Of a DNA stretch of 64,000 nt, positions 39,066-52,094 are shown one piece after another. Made by a program: the position numbers and the translations under genes. The notes under the pieces were generated by a model. It made no database searches. It had not been told where the DNA came from and saw only the letters and a list, made by a program, of their open reading frames with translations. Source of the DNA: Octopus sinensis (Eukaryota); assembly GCF_006345805.1 (NCBI RefSeq), contig NW_021835991.1:372001-436000 (forward strand), written 5' to 3'. The first letter of the stretch is position 1. The number at the start of each line of letters is the position of its first letter.

Positions 39066-39281
39066 TAGGGTTTTCCACACTTTCACAAAAAATGGCGAAA
39101 TTGCTTGAAAAAGTAGCGAATTTGCTTGAAACAATAAACCGATAATCTTCTTATGCACAAAATTGCTTGAAAAAGTGGCATAATTGCCTGAAACGAAAAG
39201 CCGATAATCTACTTTACACGGAATTGTGTGAAAAGTGGCGAAATTGCTTGCAAAAGTAGCGAAAAAGTGTGGAAAACCCTA
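39066..39281. mobile_element. MITE with 18-bp TIRs (copy at 52945-53161)
   Basis: tagggttttccacacttt / aaagtgtggaaaacccta; internal aaattgcttgaaaaagt(a/g)gc repeats; TSD ambiguous in TA-rich flanks. Confidence 0.85.
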
Positions 39282-40356
39282 TATTATAAGCATTTGTTAC
39301 AACTATAAACGATATTTTTTCAAACTTTCTTAAAAAGCCCTAACTCTATGCTATATAAAAATATAAATAAGGATTATGTGAATAATTCTAATTACTGGCT
39401 GATTAACTGAAATTATTTTTTCAGTCTGAAACTTTTTCCACTCTTGATCAAGACAGGGATATATTTTTTCATGAGCAGAATTAAATTTGTTTTTATTTAA
39501 AAAGTAAAAAAAAGTTACCAAACTAGTAAAAAATGTCCCAGAGTATATGTCTCAGTTATATGAGGAAACATTCATTCGACATTGTGTCATTAATTTGACA
39601 TTAAATACAAAACAAACTCATCTAGTACAATCTATATCGGCAAACGGTTCAGTCTAAATGAGGATGAGTCAATGGCACTCACGTAGTTTTATAATTTCAA
39701 AAAATGATGATACTTTCTAAAAAGTATCTTCCCGAGAACTAAACCAGCTCTTCATTGTTTTGATTTGGTGACATCTGTCAGTAAAAATTTATTCCCAATA
39801 TGACTTGGTTCAACATTATTTGCGACATCCTTTAAATTGAGCGTATAGAGAATGAATCCTAAAACTCGACCGACTAGTCATTTTGTGAACTGAAAATAGT
39901 ATAATAGGGCATTAGTCGCCTGAATATGTCCTGTTTACAATTTTAGTCATCCCGTACCGGAAGTTCTTTGTTAATATTTTGGTAGGATCAAGCGTATAAA
40001 AAATTCGACTCTTCACACTGTATCAAGTAAACTTCAATTTGAGCACTTTGATGTGATGAGTCCTCCTGTTCCTCAATTTAAACTCTTATGGGCGGTATTC
40101 TAATAAACGTTAATGAGTAATGAAAAATTTCCACCATTTCTTATTTTTCAATTAAAAACAAGAAATTCTTGGTTAATTTTTGAGAGGTTTTTCAGACCTT
40201 GATTAATGTCCACTTTTTTATTAAATAAAATATATGAATTAAAAAAGATAATTAAATATATTCTTAAAAAGATTATTTCAATTTAATTTAATCCAATACT
40301 TTAAGAGAAAAATGTACAGATTTGGCTCTGAAAATTTCAACTTAGCAAATGAAAAC

Positions 40357-41178
40357 CTAAATCTTATTAAAACTTGAATTGATCTTAATCCAATAATAGT
40401 TGATCTGATTCCAAGATTCATTAAGCTTAATATAAATACAGAATATTTTTTCAAAATCAATGGAATCGTCATTGTCAATATCATTCCTAAAAAGTTTAAC
40501 ACAGATTTAATACCTATAAACATAAAAACCGGAAATGAAATAACACGAAATAAAAGAGATATCAGTAAAAGACCAAATAAACACTAAATCATTCAAATGC
40601 CATATTTTACCTTAAAACTCTTAAATTTATCTTCAAATTGTAAAAGGCTTAGTAAAGGTTTTTTTGAAATTTTACAGTAAACGAAACAGCAAGTAATAAT
40701 CTCACATAGTCGCTCTTGACTAACAATATAATTTTCAGGATGGATAAATTTTCTAAATATTTTTAATAAAAACTATACTTTAATGGATTTTGATATAACA
40801 AATATTGATAACGATAACCAAATAAATTACACGCTTTAAGGGTAGCAGAAGTAAAAAAAATTCCCAAAATTATATTTGATAGGGAATATAAAAGATTTTG
40901 ATAATAAAATGAAACAATAATAGCAGTGAAAGAAAGAAGAAAACATGTCGAATAAGTTTTGTTTTTCCAATAAATGATATTTGAAACTGATAAATAATTA
41001 GTCTAATTATAACTATTATGATTTTGTTCTTCGTTAAAGAAAATCTTTGTTAAAAATAAAGGAAATTGAAAAAATTCTGAAGATTGCTCATCTACAGTGT
41101 TCGTCAAGAAGTTTTACCTGATTTTATTAAATTTTTTTGATCGTCTATAATTTCTTTATTGGTGTAAAGACTCGCCAT
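40357..41178 (-). CDS. Reticulon-family protein, 7 exons (copy A)
   Basis: Splicing 41092-41117, 40987-41013, 40753-40778, 40584-40610, 40487-40513 and ~40405/40411-40439 gives IIYWKNK..QNPLKKFI..VSQERL..LLQFEDKFKSFK..TIPLILKKYS..INYY, the reticulon-homology-domain layout. Confidence 0.8.
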
Positions 41179-41482
41179 CTGATTATCACAAGAATACTTG
41201 ATAACAGAACAAACTGTTTATGCTAATTATCAATGAATTAATTATAAATTATATTTAAACTAACGCTTCTTCAAATCTAAATAATTTATATGTCGGTTAA
41301 AAATTTTTTCCATTTATTTTGTAACATGCGACCTCAATAGATGACGAGGAAGGTATTAGTAAAATTCATTATTTGATATTGTTCCCTGTGCGTCATTTGG
41401 CCTCAATATTTGATCTAAACACTAACACCATATTCAGTCCTCAACTGTCTTGGACAATTTTCTTGAATTTATTTATAATAAT

Positions 41483-41985
41483 TTTTTTTTTAACTTCAAA
41501 CATTTTTTAACCGGAAAAAGAGTTCTTCAAAATAGCTAATTAAGTGTCAGCAGTGGCTGCACCTCGGATTGCAAGCGAGTTACCTCGCAAGATTGCGATC
41601 GATATCCTCTGGTACAGCCAGCCGATTTGGCGGTGGTCCTTCGTGCACTTTTGGATGCACTTCCTAATTTCGGTCAGAAGCGACACTCCGGCCGTCCCTA
41701 TCACTCCACTTGTCTCCACAGCAATCGGGACAAAGTGGTAATTTGGTGGGAGAGAGGCGTATTTCTTCCGCTTCGTCTCCTCACCCCGACGGGAAGCGAA
41801 GCCGGGGAGGACGCAGACTGAGCAACGGTCCCGGGGGGCAAAGGTGTCCGCGCAGGTAACATCCCAAACGAGACATTTCCCCTCCGAGAATGGAAAGACC
41901 GTCATTCCGTCTGGACGCTTGCCGTCGCCACGGTCGAAGCCGACAACTTTCTCGGACAGGGACGTGAAGGCAGGATGAATAATCA
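41483..41985 (-). mobile_element. 5'-truncated CRE-like retrotransposon (copy at ~57863-58366)
   Basis: [38 protein letters not shown]; T-run tail at ~41483. Confidence 0.85.
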
Positions 41986-42729
41986 TTTAGATATCTAAAA
42001 AAATAATGGCTTACGATGCGAACTCTTATAATGTCTGATAGTAATTTGTTTTCGCACTATAAAGTCATTGCAAGTAAAAAAATTGTTGAAAATTTGGCTT
42101 CTCAATGTGATAAACATTTTAAACACGATTATCTCAAGATATACAGTATATTTGTTCTTTCGGCCCGTTTACTGAAGTTTTGCATTCAATTTATTTCTTT
42201 CATAATTTATTAGTTATTAAAAATTACAAAACTTGGAAAGTCTTATTCTATTATTTTATGGTGAGATATTCAAATAGAATGTTTGTCATAAGGAGTTTAT
42301 TTTAAGTTAAAACCAGTCTAACTAAAGCAAAGGCCTGGTACATGCGATTAAATATTACCACGTCGAGATTAATTAAGAGCTTTTCTGCAATTTGTTTTAC
42401 ATTTTTTAAATACAACTGATCGTCTTTTAATTTCGCAAAAACTTTCAAAAACGATTGATTATCGGTGTCAATAAAAATTTATGTTTTGTTCTGTTTTAAG
42501 TAATTGAATAATGAATATCAAATGTTTTATTTGATAATGTTCCAACAATCTAATCTATTTTATAATATTATTTTTAACCATATAGTAAACATATGAATTT
42601 TTTCCATTACACAAAGTTTTATCAAGTACTTTATCTGATAAAAGACTGTAGAATTGTTTTTTAGATGGAAATCAATAAAGACTGCATTGTTGAGATTGCA
42701 AAATCAGTGATTTCCAATTATAATTTTTA

Positions 42730-42812
42730 TTTCTGTTGCTGTCGTGAGAGGCAACGCATCGTCGATAATGTCGGCGGGGTCTATTTCGGATGGATGGCTT
42801 TGTTAACTTCTC
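42730..42812 (+). mobile_element. ~85-bp CRE 3'-end remnant (copy at ~59119-59200)
   Basis: gtgagaggcaacgca..ttcggatggatggctt matches the reverse complement of 16022-16095. Confidence 0.65.
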
Positions 42813-45504
42813 GTTGATGTAACTATTATTTTTTATAAAAGTCGAATTTTTATTTTAAATCGAACAGAATTGAATCGCGAGCATTGCATTTCTAAAAAAT
42901 CCTGTTCTTCGGCGATACATTTCTGAAACAATATAATTTAACGAATTAACTTTTTGGCTACAATCTGAGTATCTCATTTGAATTTGGTCACATATAGTTT
43001 CATCACTTACTCTTAGAAATATGAAAAACAAAAATACTTGCACTTAAGTTGTTCGATAAGGAATCCGGAGGCACATCAACTAGAACAATTTGTAATTTTT
43101 AACCATTTAGAATTATTTTGTTGCTAAACAAAACTAGTAAGAATTCGTGAAATACCCCAATATGAATATGATAGTCATTATTTTTGACACAACCAATAAA
43201 ACAAGTATGATTAGCATTTTTCTAATCTTCAAAACAAATAAAATAGGTAACGATTTAACCACAATAAATCCATGTTATTTGTAATTAAGAATAATAGTTT
43301 TGCATGGTTCATTTAATTCGAGGAATAACGGATAGGATTTCATTTCCGTATGCTGAATCTTGTTCAATATAGCTTAAAACCAAATCTTTCATCGAATCCT
43401 ATTAATTGGCAAAAATTAACCGAGAAATTGAGTATTTGTAGAATATTGTAATCATTATTTTGTAGAAATTCATTATTAAGTTGTTCTTTAAATTTTTCAT
43501 TTTGAAATAAACCACAAACTTCTATAAATATATCGTTCGCAATATTACGTGGAAATTGCCTGTCGGCGACTCATCTAATTTAGTTAAAATTAATTATTAT
43601 AAAAAAACTTCTATAAATTCAACGTTCATATTTTTTAATCAAGCAAATATAATTAAAAATTTATAGATTTTTCGTGAATAAATTAGCCGACAAAAATTAA
43701 GCATACAAACTGTGTAAAGTTTACACACACTGTAAACTATACTTTAACTTTAACCCTCAGTTAGGAATAACTAAAATTACATGATTAAAGTGAAAAAATT
43801 TCTCAGTTGAGCATTTATTATCAGTTGTTATCAATACAGGTCTCAATTCATCATAGAAAATAAAAATAGGTACATGCATATGTGCATAACAAGAATAACT
43901 AATAAAAAGGTTTTGAATTCTAATCAACTAGCTCTAACAGAGTACCAAGCGATAAATAAAAAATAAACGTGTCAGTCATAAATTAATATTTTTAGTATTT
44001 TTAATTAATAAATTAATATAATTAAAAACATTTTCTTTACTAAATAAGTATAAGAGTTTTTGTTAAAAAAATTGGGTGAAAAATGGTGAGTGAAAAAGGA
44101 ATACGCAAATTTATTAATTATTCTGACTTGAAAAATTAATTAATTAATTTGTAGAATAATGCAAAGTCAATAGTTAGATGTTGTGTTTTTATTTATCGTT
44201 GAAATAACGGATCAATATTATATAAAATTTTGTTTATAACGAGGATCTTTACAGATAACAAATTCAAATCTGTTGCCGGTCCTCAAAATATATTTTGTGA
44301 TATATATTGTCTTTAAATATATTGTAATTAATTTTTTGTTCTCCATTGATCTCGAAAACTGTGTGGCTAGAAAAATGAAGTCTCGGGTACATATGTGCCC
44401 TGTCTTTGCGGAAGTGTTATCTTATTATATATATTGTCTTAATCATATACTATTTTACGTTTTCAGTTTTAAAAGTTTTGTCTTTGCCTAAAATTTTATG
44501 AAGAGCGAAACCATAAACTTTGTTTACTGGCAACGCGAACGTGGATTAACTAACTAACTAACAATTTTTATAATTTCATTCGAGTTCATTCTCTTTTTGA
44601 TATAACTATTTTCCTTAAGATCGGGTGTTTTTCGAAAATTGTGAGCTTTATAGATAAAAAAAGTTCCTAGACTCACTAAGAGCATCAAAAAATGAAAATA
44701 TTAATTCCATATTTTGTCTAATTTATTGGAAAATCTAAAGGTAGTTTTATTTCAGCAAAAAGTTACCTTCGACTATCTGGAGGTAGTTTTGTTAGAAAGT
44801 TCGGTACTTGTAGACAAATTATTTTGGGGATAATGCTCTGGATGCACTTTGCAAAATGAAATTTTTTTTTAATCAAGCGAAACTAAGTTCAATATTTGCA
44901 AGTTTGCTGTGTCACTGAAACAGTATGACGATTCGAGCTTACATTGTCGCTAATTTAGTTAAAAAAGTATCAAATCGATTTGTTTGATTATAGAAAGTTC
45001 AAGTTCACCCAATCGTATCATTTGAGCACTGGGAAATCAGCTGGCAGTATCAGAGAATATCTATAGCAATCTTGCAAGGTAACTCGTTTGCTATTCGCAA
45101 TGCAACCACTGACGATTACTAATCCTAATTTTTACTGTACATAAATATCAATAATATTTTTTTAATAAGAAATACCAGATTCAAAAACTGTATATTTATC
45201 TTTATTAGTAATTCCAAATATTATTTGCTTTTGGAAATTCGTATTAAATTTATTAGGGCAGTAATTCACGCAAATTAAATTAAGATCTTAAAGTTAAGAA
45301 AATTAATTAAATGACATTACAAATTATAAAGGAAAGAAAATTTTATTTCACCAAAACCAAAAACGTTTTTTATTTTAAGAGAAACCCTAATTTTTATTTT
45401 AAATTTATACTTTTTGTAAGAGATAGCATCTGTAATTATTCCTTTTCCAAAATCCTACAAAATTGTAAATTTACAAAAAAACTAGACGTGAACTGAATAT
45501 CATT

Positions 45505-45770
45505 GTCTACGTAAGTGAGCGAATTCTCACTAAGATGCCGACACTTTTGGAGTAGGTCAATGTGGCTAAAATATGGAAATAACTCTTCGATCAGGAGGTT
45601 TATTTTCATATTTGCAGGATAGGAGTATGCTTTACCGTGATAACAGATGGAGGTTTAATGAGGAGGTTCTTCCATCTTCTGTTTAAGATTAAGTATGGCT
45701 TGAAACGGTCCATCAGTGTGTGAGAACTTGAAGACGTACAATGAATTAAATACCCCGATACGCACTCTTT
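45505..45770 (+). mobile_element. Heavily deleted R4/Dong-like remnant (copy at ~62172-62425)
   Basis: Collinear short matches to the reverse complement of ~17440-18060. Confidence 0.7.
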
Positions 45771-46499
45771 GATAACTTCGAAGACTTAGTACTTAGTCTA
45801 TTAAAATAAAAACTATTTTAAGATAAATATTTCCACGCAATTCAATAAATTGAAATTTGATATTTCTTGAAGTGAATTTCGACAAGTTACAGCTTTGCGT
45901 ACTTAGCAATAATTGAAAAATGTGTTATTATAAAAACAACTTTAAATATTTTTAGCGTATTAAAGAAAAAAATTTCATGTCTGATGAAATAGATTCACGT
46001 AAAATACGGGTTTTCTGAATTTGATTTTAATTATACAGCAAGCAAGATTAGTAAAAGTAGAATATGCATCTGATAGATTCACCCAGGTTATATTTAATAA
46101 TTATTTCAGATGATGGAATCTTTAAAATTTGACAAAAATGAACCGAATGAAAATGATTATAAAAACCTTAATTAATTGATTCTAAGTTCATAATAGAATA
46201 AATTTCGAGTTATATTTTTTCCCAACTAGTTTAATATTTTTTTGACATTCATTCTTATAATATTTTTAAGCAACAAGATCATTCTCTCCGTAGAAAAATA
46301 GCATATTATATTCCCAAACTTTTGTACTTAATACATTTAAAGTTTTTCTTCATTTGCTAGGACTTTTTTGCAGGCTAAACAAATCTTTTAAAACACTGTC
46401 GAAAAATCGTCAAAACCTATTTTCATGACTGTGAAGAGCTGATATATAGATTTTATCAACTTCTTCCTGAAATTATTTTATTTACCAAAAATAAAGTGA

Positions 46500-47101
46500 A
46501 GAATGAACTATTAAAAGACAAAGGTGGCAGATTTAGGATTTTTTGTTGATATATCTCTACATCTGTCTACCCTGAATGTTGAACTACCAGGCAAAAATAA
46601 GCTTAATTATCAAATTTGTGGATATATTGATGAATTCGCAAAAATTACGTTTATAGAAAACGCAGATATTTACCAATTAAACTGGCAGAGTCTTAAAAAG
46701 GACTTAAATTCATTGAGATTATGTGCAACTCCACCAATTATGAAAAGTGAGGAGATTTCCAGAATTTATCAACTGGAATTAATTAATTTACAAGGTGATA
46801 TTGAACTGAAAAGTGTGTTCAGCAGCACTTCAATCATTGAATTTTATTTGAGACTACCAGATTGCCGATTTCCGAATCTAATCAATAATGATAAAATCAA
46901 TTAAGCAATTCTAAGAACAACATCTGTCTGCGAATCGACATTTAGTAAACTGTTCGAATTAAATGATTTTTTTGCGTACTTAAACTTGTCAAATTAAAGC
47001 TAATTTTAATTTTTAAATAATAAATAATTGTTAAAAAAATATTGGTGGCCTTTTAATTTTTTTGTTTGTGGGCCCTAATTAAAAAAGCTTGAGGATCACT
47101 G
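46500..47101 (+). mobile_element. hAT (GTF2IRD2/SPIN-like) transposon 3' relic (copy at ~63170-63772)
   Basis: DLGFFVDISLHLSTLNVEL..QLELINLQ..FPNL..TSVCESTFSKL; terminus ..ttgaggatcactg. Confidence 0.75.
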
Positions 47102-47639
47102 ATTTATACAAGTAATTTTTGTCAAAATTCATTAAAAAATTTTTATTGTGCTGATATCAAATAAATTAGGAGCGAGAGTATTTCTGTAAAATTTCCAGCT
47201 CAGCAATTAAAACTTGTGTAAATTGAAAGTAGAATTCAGCAATTCCAAGAGACGACAGATGTTCCTGAAGAGCATCCAAATCCGTTACTACATAAGAAAG
47301 TGTGGTAGCCAAACTAATCAGTCCTAACGTCACAGGGACATTGATGTTTAGCCAAAACGATTATCCAAGACAGACTAAAATTCGTACTGATTCACAAAGC
47401 AGCACTCAGACTACACTTCACTATAATTTGTAATTTGTTAAACAAATTATTTAATTGATGTTAATCCGACCGTTATCTGCTGGAGGTTAATCTCCTCCTT
47501 TTAGAGGAAAAAGTAACCAACACCACTCCTTGATCCTCTATCTCCAAGTTAGTTACGACTCTTTTCCCCTCATTCTCCATATTATCTTCGTACGAATGAC
47601 TTGCTTCAATTAAGAGGCTAATAATTTGTAATACTAATA

Positions 47640-48210
47640 TTAAATATCATTTAATTCGTCTGGAAAGAAATAAATTAAAAATAGAAAACATGACAAGTTA
47701 AAACAAACCAGCTCTGCAATACGGACAGGTCCGTTTTATCTAATAATATAAAATAATCAAACTAAAATCCATTTCCTAGCACAAGATCGATGAAAAAAAT
47801 GAGAACAACGAAATTGAGCAATTTTTGAATTTATATTGTACATTTCAAGGCAAATTGAACAAACATCGTAATCTTTTTCATTCTTCAAAGTCCTGCAAGA
47901 TTTAAGAATTGATTTGTATTTTGTAGGCTTCCCAAGTAAGAAATTAATTCTTCGCTTTTTAATACTTCTACGTCTTAAGTCCTAAAATGTATAAACACAG
48001 ATGCTACATCTTGATCGACTTCTAAACTGATAAAGTCAGAAAATCTGGATATCGAGAAGATTGTTCTTCTTGAGTATCAAATTGGTACGATGGAGAATAA
48101 TCTGAATCGATTTCATAATAAATTTGAGTAATTAAAGGATGATCGTCTCGTGCTATTATGCGATACCCTAAAAGTTCGTCGTCAATTTCATTTTCTCCAT
48201 TTCGCGACAT
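47640..48210 (-). CDS. RING-H2 finger protein (putative E3 ligase), 4 exons, one apparent 1-nt deletion
   Basis: CSICLEMY..FRCSHFFHRSCARKWIL|IKRTCPYCR; introns 47982-48007 (26), 47740-47762 (23), 47660-47708 (49). Confidence 0.8.
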
Positions 48211-49013
48211 TTTTACGTTTGATATGATTAAACAATATTGTCGCAATAGGAATAGGAAATTAAGCCAATAAGAGCAAGAAACTAATGATTTTATAGAAAA
48301 ACGTATTTTATAATTAAATAAAATAAAAAATAATAATTATCTATAGAATATAAATAAAATACATAAAAATATTAATAAATTGATTTTATAGAAATTATTA
48401 TTCAAAATCAAGACATAGTTTTTCCAGGAAAATTTTAAATATTTAGATTTAGCAAAACTAGCTTTTGAATATTAAATCTCTAACGTATTTTTAAAATGAT
48501 TATTCGATAATCGGATGGTACTAGTTTTTGGTTATTTTTCAAGTATCTAAAAACTATATTCTACAGTTGGAATTTTTCCATGTGATGCTAAAAATAGAAA
48601 TATATTGGAAATTAATGCAATTTTAAATAGGAATTATTAAATTCCAATTTAGGATTCAAAATTTAATATAAAAGAAGAATTTCCGTTATTTTCCAAATGA
48701 TATATAATTTGATAAGTAAAATTGATTATTCCGACATTTTTTTATTTAATTTCGACATGATTAGTTTTTATTGTATCTTTTTGTTATTTATAAATTTTCC
48801 AAGTTTATTTTAAATTTCAAGACTTAATCTAAGAATATTTTTCGCAATTCTTATTTAAATTAATTTAAATGCAAATTAAATGTTTAATTAGCATTTATAT
48901 CAAGAAATTTACTCCCGATAGTTGTCTACTGAATTTTTATTATGAACTTATTTATTTATAAAACAGAATTTGAAATATATTTAAAATAATTAATTTTTAA
49001 TTTTCAAATTTAA

Positions 49014-49510
49014 AGAACATGTGCCTCATCCACTACGATCAAGTCCTATGATAAGAAAAAAACAGTACAAAAAATGTGTTTCTCAAGTTGTCTGCAGAGT
49101 TGAGGACTGTGGTGTAGGTCGTCAAAAGGACCCCCCGACGATTCAAAAAACGACGGAAATATTCTAGCTTTTCTCTTCCGTAGAATTTATAATATGGAAA
49201 TGTAGTTTTCCTGGAAATAATGTTAAGAAATAACAGACCATTTAGAAATTTCATTTCCCAATTCTTGAGGAGATTGGCAGGAACAATTATTAGAATGAGA
49301 AGAGAAGTGTCTTCTTCATATAGAGACTGAATGTATGCGATAGCTTGAAGAGTTTTTCCGAGTCTGGATTAGTTAATATAGAAAATACCCCATCTCATCA
49401 CCCAGGATTGCCCCTTTTGATTTTTGTAAGGTCTTTTGGATCCATAAAACACCGTCTTGTTGGTAATCAAATAGTTTTTTGATTATGGAATCACAACAAC
49501 GCATTTCCAT
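49014..49510 (-). pseudogene. Truncated duplicate of the ERCC6L 5' end (to DEAHVL), with 1-nt deletion at ~49254
   Basis: Near-identical to 31612-32109; ends at the duplication breakpoint. Confidence 0.85.
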
Positions 49511-49593
49511 ATTATAATATGATCCCGCGTAGTTTAATTATTATATAATGTGATACAATAAAAAATATACTATTTAACTATTTTCATAAAAAT

Positions 49594-50440
49594 TCAGATT
49601 TGATTTCGAACCGAAATTGTATACGCTGACGATGTGGATTTTGTATCACACGACACAGCAGCCCTGAGGCGGTTACTTGATGTTTCCCCTGCAGAGCTTG
49701 GAAAATGGTTCCTCACTGTGAACACAACCAAAACGGAAATCACGGAAGTCGCACGCACGAATTCAAGACTAGATGATAAATGGAGACGTTCCAGAAAACT
49801 GGGCACACTCCTCGGAGATAGTAAGGACATTACCCGGAGGAAAGTACTATCGACGGCCGCGTTAAACAGGCTGAAAACGGATTGGTTGGCTAACAGGCCG
49901 GCAACGACTGCGCTTCGTTTGCGCCTCTACAATGCATTTGTGAAACCGGTCTTGCTATACAACTCCTCCTGTTGGGGGATCTCTGCTTCCGAAATTAAAA
50001 ACCTTAACTCCTCCCATCGAAGACAACTGCGTATATTATGTGGGGTACAATGGCCGACCCGGATCAACAACGGGGCACTTTACCGTAAATGCTCAGCGCA
50101 ACCTGTGATTCTGGATGTGATGGAAGCCCGATGGAGACTGTTCGAACATGTCCTAAGGATGGACCTGATGTCACCCGCAAACTTGGCAATGGAAGAATAT
50201 TTTGCCGCTAGTGAAAAGAAATTTCGGGGACGCCCGCGCATCACTCTACCGGAGGTGCTGGATGCTGACCTCAAATCAATCAACCGCAAGCTTAAAAATG
50301 GGGATGATCTGGACGCAATGAGAAGTCTAGCATGCAACAGGGGAGGTTGGACAAGGATTATCAAGAAAATCGTTTCAAGTGCCGCACGTGTGGAAATATA
50401 ACTATTATGTTTCTACAGAAGTTGCGGATAATAATAATAA
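49594..50440 (+). mobile_element. 5'-truncated RTE-clade LINE (copy B, open to the natural stop at 50401)
   Basis: Duplicate of 32193-33040. Confidence 0.9.
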
Positions 50441-51307
50441 GTCTCACTTCTTAGCTCTACATTCTTGTCTTAGTAATTCCATCTTTTAAAGTGTCCTTTT
50501 TAGATTATCAAATTGTTTATCTCAATCTGTTAACAGATGTCTTTGTCAATCCATTCAATTCTGTATTCAACTCGTATTTTTAGGAGGGTTTTTCTTATCA
50601 AAATAATCTGAATATATGCCTTTATTGAATTACCTACTTTGAGCGCATGTAAAAATTGCCTACAATACCATTTTACGTTAGCACCATAGGTACAATGTTC
50701 AATTTAGCAATATGAAATCTAATTCACTGACAAGCAGGCCGTATTTATGCATTTTCCCGATTCAACTTGTTTCAATAGTTATCCAAACTTCAATTAAGGT
50801 TTTCGTCTATTTATTTTATCTAACATAAAAATAATCAGTTTATTGTTCTGGCAATGGACATCGGTGAAATATATTGTATAGAAACTGTATTCACAGAAGT
50901 ATTATGAAGAATATACCATTTATCATACTAAATGGGATTAACAAGAAACTAAGTAAAATCAATAGAAAAATAAATGAACTCAATGACAAACGACGTATGA
51001 TGACCAGGAAACTAAGTGGCCTCAATAGAAAACTAAGTGGGATTAATACCAAACTAAATGGAATTAACACCAAACTCTTTTCACGTGAGCTTGATATTTC
51101 TCTTCTAATAATTTACGTGACATTTTTATTCTATAATATTTCTAACTAAAGTAATCATTAGTCTTATGCCCACTTTGTTATTGATTCCACGTAGTTTTTT
51201 ATTGATTCCACCCATTTAGTATGGGAATTTATATATTTTACTGGTCAAGTCAACTGGTTTCGGAAATTAAAGAAAACAAGCATTCTATTCCGAAAAAAAC
51301 TTGCAAA

Positions 51308-52094
51308 GCTTTTCAATGATCGGATTTGTGCTTTGTCGGAGAATATTGAAAAAAGTGTCTCATTTTTATTAAAGAAACTCGATTTTCATTACAACTTAAC
51401 GAAACCACAAATATTTCGGGAATGGCACCTTTGTTGGCATATATACGATTTGTTTATTCTGGGAAAATTACAGAACAATTCTTGTTTTGGAAGCCTCTTT
51501 TAACTACTACTCGAGCAATTGATATGTTCACGATATTAAACGATTATTTCAATATCAATAATATTTCATTTGTTAATTGTATTGGTATATGTACAGATGG
51601 ACCCCCGTCTAAGGATATAATGATGATTCGATACAGGGACTAATTAATGAACATTTAATAATTTTTGGAAAACAAAATGGATGCTTATTTTCAAGACTTA
51701 GAAATTGAAAAATTCGATTGGGTTATTAGTTTTTTAATATATTTAAGATACGAAATCTTTTTCTTGTCCTGAATCAAAAAACTTGTCTATTAAAGAAAAT
51801 GAAGAACTTATTGCGCTATTTAATGATCGATCCTTAAGATTAAAGATGACGGAGTTAGACATTGTAGAATTCTGGATATATATTCGAAACATATATCCCA
51901 GTTTATCAAAACAAGCACTGACCATAATTTTACAGTTTTCAACGACCAATTTATGCGAAGCAGGTTTTTCTAAGCTGCATAATATGAAATATAACAAACG
52001 CGAAAGTTTGAGAAACATTGATGCTGAAATGCGGGTGGCTTTGTCAACCATTCGCGAGAATTATTTTTTGAAAAGCTCTGGACTAGAGTCATAA
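51308..52094 (+). mobile_element. hAT Buster/Charlie (ZBED5/SCAND3-like) transposase relic
   Basis: LLAYIRFV..EQFLF..CIGICTDG and FW..YPSLSKQAL..FSTTNLCEAGFSKL..MRVALS. Confidence 0.8.

Noticed and set aside
42540-43510. Possible decayed tiny-intron gene on the minus strand (similar hints at 11030-11500, 19650-20560, 38600-40080)
   Set aside because: Isolated 22-29-nt GT-AG segments exist, but I found no continuous frame or recognisable family.
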